Source: Octopus vulgaris (lineage: Eukaryota). From it: 64,000 nucleotides of DNA. The translations under genes were made by a program, and so were the position numbers. Position 1 is the first letter of the stretch, and every line of letters begins with the position of its first letter. The stretch covers positions 20,336,001-20,400,000 of the forward strand of contig OX597821.1 in assembly GCA_951406725.2 (NCBI GenBank), written 5' to 3'. This document shows positions 51,860 to 64,000 of the stretch, piece after piece. The notes below the pieces were generated by a model. That model had not been told where the DNA came from and made no database searches. It saw only the letters and a list, made by a program, of their open reading frames with translations.

Positions 51860-52243
51860 CTAGCAGTATCGCCCGGCGTTGCTCAGGTTTGTAAGGGAAA
51901 TAACTATAAAGCATTTTTAGAGAGTTATAGCCAAAAAATAGCAAAAAATGGAAAAAAATGATGGTAAATTTTTTTTGAGAGTAAAAAAAGGTGGAGTTGC
52001 GTCCCCTAGACAGTTTGCGGTTTGTGTTTCTGATTCTCGACCCCATGTCGAATTTATCGATTTTTTTTTCAGAACTGGGGGAACTTTTCAAAATTTTCGC
52101 TGCGTTAGTTTTGAATTATTACATTGGGCTATGTGTGTGTCAAGTTTCATCAGAATCGGTTGAAAGCCGTGGTCAGGTGAGGGTACAAGCAAACAGACAC
52201 ACAGAAACACGCACAGACAAACTGCCGTTTATATATAGAGAGA
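51860..52243 (-). mobile_element. Non-autonomous Helitron
   Basis: The minus strand begins A|TC (52243) and ends CTAG|T (51860), with a subterminal hairpin cctgagcaacgccgggc and internal acagac-type repeats. Confidence 0.75.
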
Positions 52244-52304
52244 TATAATATATATATATATAACATATATATATTTATAATATATATATACATATATATA
52301 TACA

Positions 52305-52735
52305 TCATGTGCATGATGTGGAAAATATTCCATCAGTATTGCCCAAATGATGTTGGCATCACCTTTAAGGTACATCCAAGACTTGGGCCCCGTGCCATCC
52401 GCCCAAAACAAAAATCGCACTCTCATCTCATAACAACAATACGGCACAACTATTTCACCTCAATTGGCCCCGCTCTCTTTAACATTACACCAAAACACAT
52501 TAAAACAGAAACTGACCCTATAGGGTTCAAGAAGTCTTTGGACAGATTCCTTCAAGAAATCCCGGATAAACCCCCTACACCCGGATATGTCTCTGTAAAC
52601 AATAACTCTCTACTTGAGTGGGCCATAGTGCCCAAATTCTCACTTGAAAGACTTCACCAGGTGGTGCTATTAAGTTAGACATGGCCTGGGCCAATAATGG
52701 CCGAAACCTATCAAAGTATCAAAGTATCAAAGTAT
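52305..52735 (+). mobile_element. CR1-group LINE, 3' end
   Basis: ORF ..HNYFTSIGPALFNITPKHIK..FKKSLDRFLQEIPDKP..NNNSLLEW, 3' stem-loop ggccaataatggcc, and tail (TATCAAAG)3. Confidence 0.8.
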
Positions 52736-52819
52736 ATATATATATATATATATTTATAATAATTTGAGGGAATATTAAATCAAATTTCACAAAATATAAT
52801 ATGTACATAAATTAGAAAA

Positions 52820-53215
52820 AACACTTACATATAATAGAAATATTAAATATAAGATAAAAAATATACCGATGATTAAGTTATGTGCAAAAAAAAATATAAA
52901 TAAATAAATGAAAAATAATAAATAAATAAATAAATAAAGGAAAAATAATAAATAAATAAATAAATAAATGAAAAATAATAAATAAATAAATAAATGAAAA
53001 ATAATAAATAAATAAATAAATGAAAAATAATAAATAAATAAATAAATGAAAAATAATAAATAAATAAATAAATGAAAAATAATAAATAAATAAATAAATA
53101 AATAAATAAATGAAAAATAATAAATAAATAAATAAATAAATCTTTATTATTTTTCACATTACTTAATCATCGGTTTATTTTTTATCTTATATTTAATATT
53201 TCTATTATATGTAAT
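52820..53215. repeat. ~70-bp inverted repeat enclosing an (AAAT)n-based ~26-bp minisatellite
   Basis: ttacatataatagaaatattaaatataagataaaaa..ccgatgattaagt vs acttaatcatcgg..tttttatcttatatttaatatttctattatatgtaa. Confidence 0.75.
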
Positions 53216-53838
53216 TTTCTAGATGGTGCAATTAATTTTTCATTTTGAATTGGTAAAAGGTGATTTTTTTCTAATTTATATATATATATATACATATACA
53301 TTTAGCATCGATAACCTACAGACGACAGCTCCTTCTGGTGTTAAAAACGGTAGTAGCGTCCATTCCATATTGACGTGGCAATAAACCTGACTTATAGTTA
53401 TAGTTATAGTTACTACTTTCATAGAGAACATCTAACTTATATAAACTCTCTAACTGGCTACTTCCCTTGTTACAACATCAGCGACTGAATGTCACTCGGT
53501 TTTGTAGGAATTGGGAATTAATCCTATCTCTAACGGACAGGCGTTTACCACTGGTGTCGGGCACAAATAGCCTGAAACCCTACGGTCTGGTGATGTTGTC
53601 GTCTACTAGAAGATAGTAGGGGTAAGCTCCCCGGCTTCCAGTATGTATCGGGTGTTGATTGCATTGATAATCAGGAGGAGGAGTTTCATCCTTGTGTTAA
53701 AAATGGTAGCAATATTGATTCGCATTGAACAGCCATAGTGATGTGGCGATAAACATTACTTACACACACACAGACACACACATATATATATATACACTCA
53801 TATACATATATATATGTATGTGTATATATGCATATATG

Positions 53839-53925
<87 letters not shown>

Positions 53926-54544
53926 TTGTGTGTGTATGTGTGTGTGTGCGTGTGTGTGCGTGAGTGTAAGTGTCTGTGTGTGTGTGTGTAAACAATGCTC
54001 CTTAATATTACGCCTCTGAAATGAATAACACATTTGTTCTGAAAGCATTTAATATAATTAATTCCATAATTTTTTCATAGCTGTCATAATTACTGTTTAA
54101 ATTACTTCTATAATTAAATCAGGTGGCGGCAAGTGATATTAAGCAAGAAAATTACCTTTCGTGAATTTTTTATGCTGGAATTACCAAAAGGCTAATGCAA
54201 TACGAAGAATTTATGATCAGGTTAAACCAGGCCCTGTTTAAAAATTAAGCCTGTCATAATTTGTAGTACACATAAGAGTAGACCTTACTCTAGTTCCATG
54301 GCGTATAAGTGACAATGCTTACAGCTATGTGGATTGGAGCCCTGTAAAATGAAGTGCTTAATTTGAGAACCCAACGCGCCACTTGGTCTGGGTATCTGAC
54401 CCATGATCTTACTATTATGAATATAACATACTAACATCTGTGCTACACCGCTTAATTTAGACAAGATACCCAGTTCGATTCCAAGTAGTGACCTGAATAA
54501 TACTAATAATAATACTAATAAAAATAATAGCAATAATAAAAATA

Positions 54545-55078
54545 AATGCCCTGATGCAGTACCAGGCAGTGGCTCTCGTGGCTTCTGATCTTAACTTATT
54601 GGAAGTGTTACTATGTAACATGTTTTGTCTTGGTATAAAAGATGGGCTACAGCAAATATTTGCTTCTCAGTTGATTGACCTTAACCGGTTGAGCATGTCC
54701 CTTAGTGGCTGACAATATGTGCATCTCTGACCACGAGTAGAAGTATTGGGGTAGCATCATAGCCATGTGTTGAGAGGGATTCTTTGGGGTTTGAATAATT
54801 CACCTTTGGAAACATGGGTGTTTCGTTCAACATCCTTAAACAAGCCTTATTCACGAACTTTTTGACTGGGATGGGTTACTCGACCAGAAGAAAATTCTAA
54901 CTGGGTCCCCACCTGCAAATTCATGTGCTGTTTATCTTAATAAGATCACCATGTCACGCACACATGGTTGTGATGCATGTGCCTAGTATAATCTTATCAG
55001 ACGGCTAGTCATGATGGGTGTTGCTACGTAAATTTTACCCCAGTGTCACTTTGATGGCATGCACTGCAGTCTCACTCG

Positions 55079-55080
<2 letters not shown>
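54545..55080. repeat. Interspersed repeat bounded by (AAT)n; partial second copy at 4068-4200
   Basis: gcaaatatt..cttagtgg.tgacaatatgtg.atctctga.ca.ga..agcatc..gagagggattctttg is shared between the two loci. Confidence 0.5.
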
Positions 55081-55130
<50 letters not shown>

Positions 55131-55143
55131 CAATAACAATAAC

Positions 55144-55204
<61 letters not shown>

Positions 55205-55793
55205 TCGGAAAAATACTTTACGAATGAGAACCCGGGTTCGAAATTCCCCTAGGACACCTGATGAAGGCTGGAGCGTAAAAGCAACAAGATGAGAACAATC
55301 CGTAGGTACATTAATTACTATCCGTAATTAATATTCTGGGTTTAGTGTTCACTAAAAATTCAATTAGAACTAATAACGAAGTGAAGAAAAACAATTTTAG
55401 TACAACGAGTAATATTTTTACGTCGATTTAGCAAGTACGTGAGGTAACTCTGGATAGGCTTCGATGTAATTTAAATCCTTAAGTAAAACTTAGAATGACC
55501 ATCGTACACTTTTGTATAACTATCGATGATCATCTCATTATTTCACACAGTATGGAGTATTGTATGCTTCACTGAAGCATATGAAAAAAATATCGAGAAT
55601 CTCCTCCTGTACAATCAGATTTTCGTAAATGTATGCTACTCATTGAGCACCAAATTTTTAGCACGAGATAACCCAAGCAATATTTCAGTGGCCAACAAGT
55701 AACGGCATTGCCGTTATGTTAATGAGAAAAAATTATAAGATTTTCGATAAGAGAATTTCTTTTTATTTATCATTGTATAAGATACCAGGGATA

Positions 55794-56921
55794 TTTACCT
55801 TTTGACCTACGGATTTAAAAAATAAGTTTTGTAACTAAACATTTTCAATCTTCGGACACTGGTAGAATGTATCATATAAAACATCATTTACTCTTAGCAT
55901 TTTTGAGAAAAATTTATATTTACGAAGTAATTTCACCTCAAAGTAGTCCTATTTCGTTAATTTCAACCAATCAATGACGTGTATTCAGCTGAATAAAATT
56001 ACTGCCATTGTTTGTCATCAACAACTATCGGCGGTGTATTTTTCGTTTGTCACTGTTACTTATAACATCGTTCGTTCGTTCGTACTGCTTTTAGCTTTAA
56101 GGTTTTAGGGTTAGTGTTAGGGTTTTAGGGTAATTGTTAGGGTTTTAGTGCTAGGATTCTAGAGTAAGGGTTTTAGGGTTAGGGTTTTAGGGTTAGAGTT
56201 TTAGGGTTAGGGTTTAGGGTTAGGGTTTTAGGGTTAGGGTTGTCATAAATAACAGTGACAAACGAAAAATACACCGCCGACAGCTGTTGTTGACAAACAA
56301 TGGCAGTAATTTTATTCAGCTGAATATACGTCATTGATTGGTTGAAATTACCGAAATAGGATTACTTTGACGTGAAATATAAGTTTTTCTCAAAAATGCT
56401 AAGAGTTAAAGATGTTTTATATAACACAATCTACCATTCTCCGAAGTTTGAAGGTGTTTAATTGCAAAATATGGATCTTTTCGGTTTGAACGGCAGTTTT
56501 TAACATAATTTCTAGGTAACTAAAAAATTTTAAACTTCGTATACTGGTAGAATGTGTTTATAAAACATCTTTTTCTCTCGGTTTTATTGAGAGAATGCTA
56601 TAGTTTGTAAGATATTTGTTGTTTTTTCCTTCAATTTCTGCAATTTCAACCAATCAGTGACGTCTAATGAGTTAAAAAGCATTATGTGCCGTATGAATAT
56701 GTCCCTCGTTTAAGAAACAGATTGGGTTTATTTACATTTGTGAAGAAAAAAAGATACCCTTCCCCCACCCCTAACCCTAAAAGAGATTGAAATGCAATAG
56801 ATCGATTCTAGGTTCATAATTATGGGTGACAATTTCATATGACACCGCTGGAAAAAAACTGCCGGTCAAACCAAAAAGATCCCACAATATTACTTTTTAA
56901 ATCTGTAGGTCAAAAGGTAAA
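55794..56921. mobile_element. Composite TIR element (three inverted-repeat pairs) with an internal TTAGGG-like tract
   Basis: Outer IR tttaccttttgacctacggatttaaaaa / tttttaaatctgtaggtcaaaaggtaaa. Inner palindrome 55827-56469 surrounds (TTAGGG/TTTTAGGG)n at ~56095-56241. A second IR unit spans 56473-56882. Confidence 0.8.
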
Positions 56922-57464
56922 GATATGATACCAGTGATTAACATTATCTTAAATTTATTAAACTTGGAAATTTGTCTGCTAGTTTTGCTATCCTCACAAG
57001 TCACTTTATATGAAAATCCCAAATTATAATAAACTGTTTCAGTCTGGCTATATAAGATAAGTGTAAACAGGACTACGACACCGAAGCATGTCAATCACAT
57101 CTATTTGGTTTAAAATCCATTGAAAACTGAGTGAAATAGAAAGGATCTAACTAGTTTATATATTCTCTCTGGTTTATATATTCTCTCTCAATTATATAAT
57201 CTCTCTCAAATTTTAAATGCTGTCATCGCATATAATAAAAGGATAGACAGATTAAATGATGCGTCAAATATAAATTTACAATAAACTTGATCTTAATTCC
57301 ATTGGAATACGATAACCATGACGTTATATAGTACTACAACATCAGTCTTGGGTCTCGCAAAAACTTTCACAGACAAGATTGAAAAGATATGCTTCAAATT
57401 CACGTGCTCACGCACACGCACACACACACACAAACGCACACACACACACACACATATTTATATT

Positions 57465-57497
<33 letters not shown>

Positions 57498-57719
57498 GGA
57501 TATATACAGCATAAATATTTGTTTTTGAAAGCCGCGAATGTATATCGTATCATACAGAAAAGAAAGTATTAGTTCGAACACAGCATAGCCATGAAAACAG
57601 CAGAAAGATTGGGTATTTTACTCATACATGACAGAAACAGATGTCAGCAGTTTACCTTAGCCAGTAGAGTACTAAGCCAATATCAGGGATAGTGGGTTCG
57701 AGTCCTGTAGCTGTCTTCT

Positions 57720-57842
<123 letters not shown>

Positions 57843-58054
57843 AAATATTAGGGAATAAATCCAAACTTACAGGGAAACATCAGATTTAGGATTGAATTCA
57901 ATTTTATAGTAAAATATTATATTATATTAAATTAGAGATAAAAGCACTATTAGGCAAATCATACAATGAAAAACTTAAGCCAATACATAAGATTAATTAA
58001 TTTATATTATTTTAAATATATATCAAAATTATTAAAAAAAGATAATTAGTATAA

Positions 58055-58117
58055 CACTACGATCGTTTCATGGCTGTCCAATTCGTAAAAATTCGAGTTA
58101 CAGTCATTCTTCAGGTG
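58055..58117 (-). ncRNA. Hammerhead ribozyme in the Penelope B terminal repeat
   Basis: Minus strand reads CAC-CUGAAGA-AUGACUGU..ACAGCCAU-GAAA-CGAUC-GUA/GUG, with palindromic helix III ACGAUCGU. Confidence 0.7.
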
Positions 58118-60362
58118 ATTGAAATATCTAAAATATAATCAGAAATATTTAAACAATATTTTTAAGATATAAATAATATATATAATATAATAATTTTACT
58201 TATAATAAACTCTATTATCAAACTAGAGACATAGAACTTAACAATTATGATTATATCCAAATCGACTATAATGTTAAATATTAATTTTAATTTATAAGGT
58301 AGGAAACCCACCATAATCTAATATCAATATTAGTCTATATCTAATTACATAAATATTTAAAATGACTAATATATATAAATTATCAATGAAAATATATAAA
58401 TGTATATAAATATTATAATTAAGATCTAAAATAATCTCTATAAATAATTGTATATGCACATATAATAAAAACCTAATAAATTTAATTTTTCATATTTAAA
58501 GATGAAATAGCTAATTTTAAAATACAAATAAACTAACTTAAACGAACTTTCGGAAATCTTATGTAAAATACTTTTAGAAATAATCAATTCGTAGTAATAT
58601 AGTATCGAATAAATACTATAAGTACTATAAATATAATTATGAATGGGAATAATTATCGAATATAAATTTAAAGAAATAACTAAGTTATGCTATTAAATTA
58701 GACATGGCCTGGACCAATCTTTAGTCGAAACATATCTAAGTTTATCAAAGTTTATCTAATTTAATTATAAATTTAAAACTACAATTAATACTATTAAAAC
58801 ATGTATATACAAAGCCTAACTTAATACACCTCGTATGCTTGCTATCAAATAATAAATCTATCGCTAAGAAGTATCTTACGAATAAACTTAAATTTAATAT
58901 CTAATAATATAGAAAATTACGATAATTAGATCATTACATAAACAACGATATTTACATAAGGAGAATATTATTACTCCAAAGGCTTATACAATATTAAAAT
59001 TTACAATTTGAAGATCTTAAATAAATACATACTTAATTTGGCGAGGTTTAATCAATGAACTAAAATTTTGAATCAGAAAACGTCTTTTACAGCGTTTATA
59101 AGAATACTCGTGGAATTACGTTATTAGCAAAAAAAAGAATAAATTGTTGAAGAATTCATTACGCGTGAGGAACCTACGTTTTATTAAAGATTGTTAATGT
59201 GAAAATTATTTGTTTATCATTGTAAAAAGAATGATTTCACAAATAAAGAATAAAATCTCTCTATACTATAATATTTATTAATAAAATAACTATGATAAAT
59301 GAAACTTAATACAAAATAAATTAAATGATTTAAATGATTAAAAACCACTAATTATTAAATATATTCTAAAAATCTTATAAGATTAATAAATATATAAAAA
59401 TTAATTTATATAGTAACCCCTCTACATACTATAAATTCTTTCCCATGCCCTTATAATTATAAGCTAAAATTAGTGATCATAACAAAATCTATAAATACTT
59501 ATCAAAATTTGTAGTATAACTATACATACGTATACATAAATATATAAGAAAATATACATACATATACATATATATATACATATATATATACATATATATA
59601 TATATACATATATATACATATACATACACATATACACATACATACACACATACATACATATACATATATACACACATATATACACACACATACACACATA
59701 CACATATGCACACTCCTACATACATGTACATACATACAATACTCAATATATACACTTACACCTATATATATACACCCCCCCACACATACACATAAATAAA
59801 TGTATATACATATACATATATATACACACACATCATCATATACACATATATACATACACACACATCCGCATATATTATAAAATAAATAGATATATAAATG
59901 TCTATAATCATACTACAATACAAAATAGAGGTAAAAATTAAGTTAAATCTAAATAATTAATCTACTAATCTATAATTCTATATTAAATAAAATAGATTAA
60001 ATAAACAACTAAATAAAACTATTTCAAATATAAAGAGATTACATACAAATAGATTAACATAACAAAATTATAATTTAACGAAGTTATAATAGAAATATAA
60101 CAAAATATATAAAATAAATAAAATTGTAACTTACTAGACTCTATATTCAATAAACCATTAAATATTTATTAAAAATATATATTTAGTAATAAAATATTTA
60201 GTAATAAAATGAACAACCCTCTATAATCTAACTATAATTAAAAACAGAACCTAAATAACTAACATAAACTAATATAATAAATACTACAAATCACCTGGTA
60301 TATTTATAATACTATTACATAAAACAACAAATAGGGAGCTAATTAAGGCTAAGAAATAATCA

Positions 60363-61760
60363 TTATTTATCAAGAAATTTATTATATAAGTAAAGTAACT
60401 TGTGTTTGCATTTTATTTTGCGCTCATCACAGATATTCAGTAAATTATCATGCTTATAAAATAAAATTTCCTTAAACTCATTAGAACATAAATAACAAAA
60501 ATTCGCTCCTATACTATATGATTTAGTTTTACTAATTATTTCCCAAGATAAATTATAATTACCATTTTGGGATTTAAGTCTCCAAATGTACTTGCTAAGT
60601 CCAGTGGAGTTAATTAAGTTTTTATTTTTAAATGAATTCATATGTTGTGCGATTCTTAATTTTATTTTAGAGGAAGTGGACCCTATATATATCGCGTTTG
60701 AGTTATTATTATTATTATTATTATTATCATGTAATGTAACTATACATTTATACACTACATCGTTAATATCACATTTATTATTTAATTTACATTTAGTTTT
60801 ATCTCTACATGTACAGTTAATTAGTGTCTTGTCTTTATTATTGGTATTATTATATAATATATTTTTATAAAAATTATTCAGTTTAAATTTGTTAAAAGAA
60901 GAAATAATGTTACCTACACTATTAGTGGTGGAATAACCTACTCCAAAATTATTACTAGAGAAAATGTTTTTATATTTACGATTATCTCGAATAAATAGTT
61001 CAATAATATCTAAAATCTCTTTAATAATGTTCGTTTTAACTTGAGCACCATAAGGAACTATTAACGAAATTTTATTCTTATTTTCCTTCTTATTATTATT
61101 AAAACTGTCATTATTATTGTTATTATTATATTTCTTTATCATATTATTATTATTATTATTATCAGATTTATATTTATAATTAACATTTAAAGAATTATTA
61201 AAGTTATTAATTTATTTTTATTTTTATTCTTATTTTTATTTATATTATTTTTATTTTTATAATTTCTAATATTATTACCACTATTACTAACAAAATTATT
61301 ATAATTATTATTAATATTTTTATCTCTAATATTATTAGTTATATCTTTATCTTTATTTTTAATAAAAAATTTAATATTACTATTATATCCTGCCTCTCTA
61401 AGGGCCTCATTGTAATAAGGAGCATGTTTATTAAAAATCTCTAAATCATAAGAAAGTAATGATATACGTTTACTTATATTATTAATCAACGATTTTTTAA
61501 TTGATGGTGGGTGATTACTATTAACATTTATATATCTAAGGTTCTCATTAAGTTTATGATATGGTTGTGTTTTACCTGTAATTAGATTAAAATTAACATC
61601 TAAATAATTAACATTAAAATTCTCATTATATATAGTGATACTTAAACCATATCTTTTAAAGAAACTATAAAGTTTTTTTATATACTTCTAGGTTCCTATT
61701 AGTGCAATTGTTAGTAATTAGTAGAAGGTCATCCCTATATAAACCACCCTCTATTTTTAA
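60363..61760 (-). pseudogene. Penelope RT C-terminus + GIY-YIG endonuclease (frameshifted, Asn-rich)
   Basis: CTCRDKTKCKLNNKC..DVVYKC..IYIGSTSSKIKLRIAQH..TGLSKYIW..WEII..CYLCSNE; upstream frames carry YRDD and NHPP. Confidence 0.88.
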
Positions 61761-62109
61761 ATTTTCTAATTGGAGTTCAGATAAAAGATAAATACCTCAC
61801 GTGAAGAATGACTGTAACTCGAAATTTTAAGAATTGGACAGCCATGAAACGATCGTGGTGTTATACTAATTATCTTTTTTAATAATTTTGATATATATTT
61901 AAAATAATATAAATCAATTAATCTTATGTATTGGCTTAAGTTTTTCATTGTATGATTTGCCTAATAGTGCTTTTATATCTAATTTAATATAATATATATA
62001 TATACACAAGGCACTTTCAAAACCCCCAAAACAGAGTTTGTTTAAATATGTTGTTGCATTTTAAGAAGTTATTTATTTATCATTTATATTTGGCGATATT
62101 GTTATCTGC

Positions 62110-62250
62110 GGGTAGTTTAGCTAACATGGTAGAGTACTCAGCCGATATCTAGGGTATGCGGGTTCGAACCCTAAAGCTGTCTTCTGACATTTTTTCCGTC
62201 ACATAAGAGTGAAACACCCAAACTTTCAGGGCTATACTGCATTCAAATTA
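62110..62250 (+). mobile_element. tRNA-like head with short tail (SINE or tRNA pseudogene); related copy at 57575-57722
   Basis: gtagtttagctaacatggtagagtact..ccgatatc..gggttcgaaccc has A and B boxes and an Ile-like anticodon, but the stems are imperfect. Confidence 0.5.
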
Positions 62251-63244
62251 TTACTTTCTTGATTATACTAGATAAGATCTACTCCGCCAATTCGAATTGA
62301 AGAACTGTGACCTATATTGTCGTTACAGTTAATACAAATGGGATTGAAACCTAGTGAAACTTTTTCGAACAACTACTAGACGTGCACATTAATTTAATTA
62401 ATTAAATTGCAATGTACCTCATTTTCTACACATTCAATGCACTAAGAACAAAAATGAGGTTCTGTTTGACAAATATTCAAACAAATATTTCCGAGAGACA
62501 TTTTCAATTCGTAAATCTGCATTTCTTAACATGTTTTCCCTTGTGAGGTAAATGAAATAATTAATATACTATTTATTTCGTTGTACCGATGAGAATATAC
62601 GAAAATGGAAACATACAAGATATCTAATTCTACAAATATTAACGGTTTTATCTTTGAAAGGTGGATCGATACTAAATGATATACTGCACTTCAATTATTT
62701 CGTCAAGAAGTAAAAATAGAAGATAACCCTATCAAAATATTTATCTTTCTTCTACTCTTGTAAAGAAAAGATGTAAGGAGATTCTAGGAACAATTATACT
62801 CAAATTCTAAACATGGAGTTATGATCTTTCCTGAAAGAAATGCACATTGAGGATTGTGGACGCAGGCGAGACAATATGCTGCCAATTGCACGTGGAAAAG
62901 GTGCAGTAATGAATAACACTTCATTGAAATTGACTAGTGATAAATATCTTCTACGTTATACAGCATCACACAATGTAATGAAAGAAGACGAAAATAATGA
63001 GAATCCATGCACGTCACTGTGTGCATGCTTACATAAATACATATTTCAGGTTTATATTTTAAAGTTTATACCTGTAATTATTGGAACACTGCCTAAATAC
63101 CAACCTTGAGAAATTAGGCTTGTCAAATCCAGAAAGAAGAAAGGTAATTCGAATACTACAAATCCAAGCCATCACTGGAACTGTAAAAATCTGTAAAACT
63201 TTCCAGAAGTTTATTACTTCAGTATATATGAGGATGTGCGTGTA

Positions 63245-63620
63245 GGCGCAATGGCCCAGTGGTTAGGGCAGCGGACTCGCGGTCGTAGGATCGCGGTTTC
63301 GATTCCCAGACCGGGCATTGTGAGTGTTTATTGAGCGAAAACACCTAAAGCTTCACGAGGCTCCTGCAGGGGGTGGTGGTGATCCCTGCTGTACTCTTTC
63401 ACCACAACCTTCTCTCACTCTTTCTTCCTGTTTCTGTTGTACCTGTATTTCAAAGGGCAAGCTTTGTCACTCTCTGTGTCACTCTGGATATCCCCGAGAA
63501 CTACGTAAAGGGTGCACGTGTCTGTGGAGTGCTCAGCCACTTACACGTTAATTTCACGAGCAAGCTGTTCCGTTGATCGTATCAGCTGGGACCCTCATCA
63601 TCGTAACCGACGGAGTGCTC
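63245..63620 (+). mobile_element. tRNA-derived SINE family C
   Basis: ggcgcaatggcccagtggttagggcagcggactcgcggtc..cgtaaccgacggagtgc; paralogous to 46081-46460. Confidence 0.9.
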
Positions 63621-64000
63621 CTATGAGGATGTCTAGGCATGCGACTATATGCATGAGATTGCATATTAAAAACAAAATTTACAAATATGTACGTATACAT
63701 GCAAACATACATACATATTAAAATTCCAATGAAGGAGTTTGGGATCTAGGTTAGAAACAGGCTTTTTCTCTGTCGACAACAAATTTTGAAATAAAACTAA
63801 ATGACATACATAAATATATACATGAGTACGTACGTACATAATACATACACATACACACGAACACACACATACACACACATATATCTTATGCAAGAATGCT
63901 GTTGACAGTGACTTCAAAGTATCGGTCACCTAAGCCATTGCCAACAACATACTTGTATAACAATAAGATTGTGTTCTACAAGAGTAGGATAATCCATGAG

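Noticed and set aside
53320-53690. Possible LTR end (aataaa..ttacaaca) with PBS-like tcagcgac
   Set aside because: No second LTR or gag/pol ORF; too weak to call.
55255-55290. CTGATGAAGGCTG hammerhead start (also ctgatga near 29107)
   Set aside because: The matching stem II 3' strand and GAAA are missing, so at best these are deleted relics.
56095-56241. Telomere or chromosome-fusion site
   Set aside because: Short, degenerate, single orientation, and enclosed in a transposon-like palindrome.
63245-63320. tRNA-like sequences at SINE heads (also 6269, 7171, 22150, 46081)
   Set aside because: They run into shared SINE bodies and have imperfect cloverleaf stems, so they are not tRNA genes.

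Overview
AT-rich, microsatellite-saturated eukaryotic DNA in which I cannot support any host protein-coding gene. The tRNA-derived SINE families and (TA)n/(CA)n density suggest an octopus genome (inference). The window is a nest of mobile elements: four SINE families, two Penelope-like retroelements with RT and GIY-YIG, many hammerhead-bearing Penelope terminal-repeat fragments, decayed R4/Dong, HERO and CR1 LINEs, a Tc1/mariner relic, a non-autonomous Helitron and several TIR elements. The standout is 22150-26733, where one SINE is split between its A and B boxes by two head-to-tail, mutually diverged ~2 kb elements. Each encodes only an ORF1/Gag-like protein (two RRM-like segments, a CCHC zinc knuckle and an unrecognised C-terminal domain) with no RT or endonuclease. 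They are bounded by three identical copies of a 15-bp target site (AAGTAGCTTGCTAAC) and share a structured 3' end. This looks like a SINE-targeting, sequence-specific, ORF1-only non-autonomous retrotransposon family. Second is a 360-bp non-coding partial tandem repeat with an intact type I hammerhead ribozyme (29252-29764, retrozyme-like). All calls are by eye; no searches or folding computations were run.
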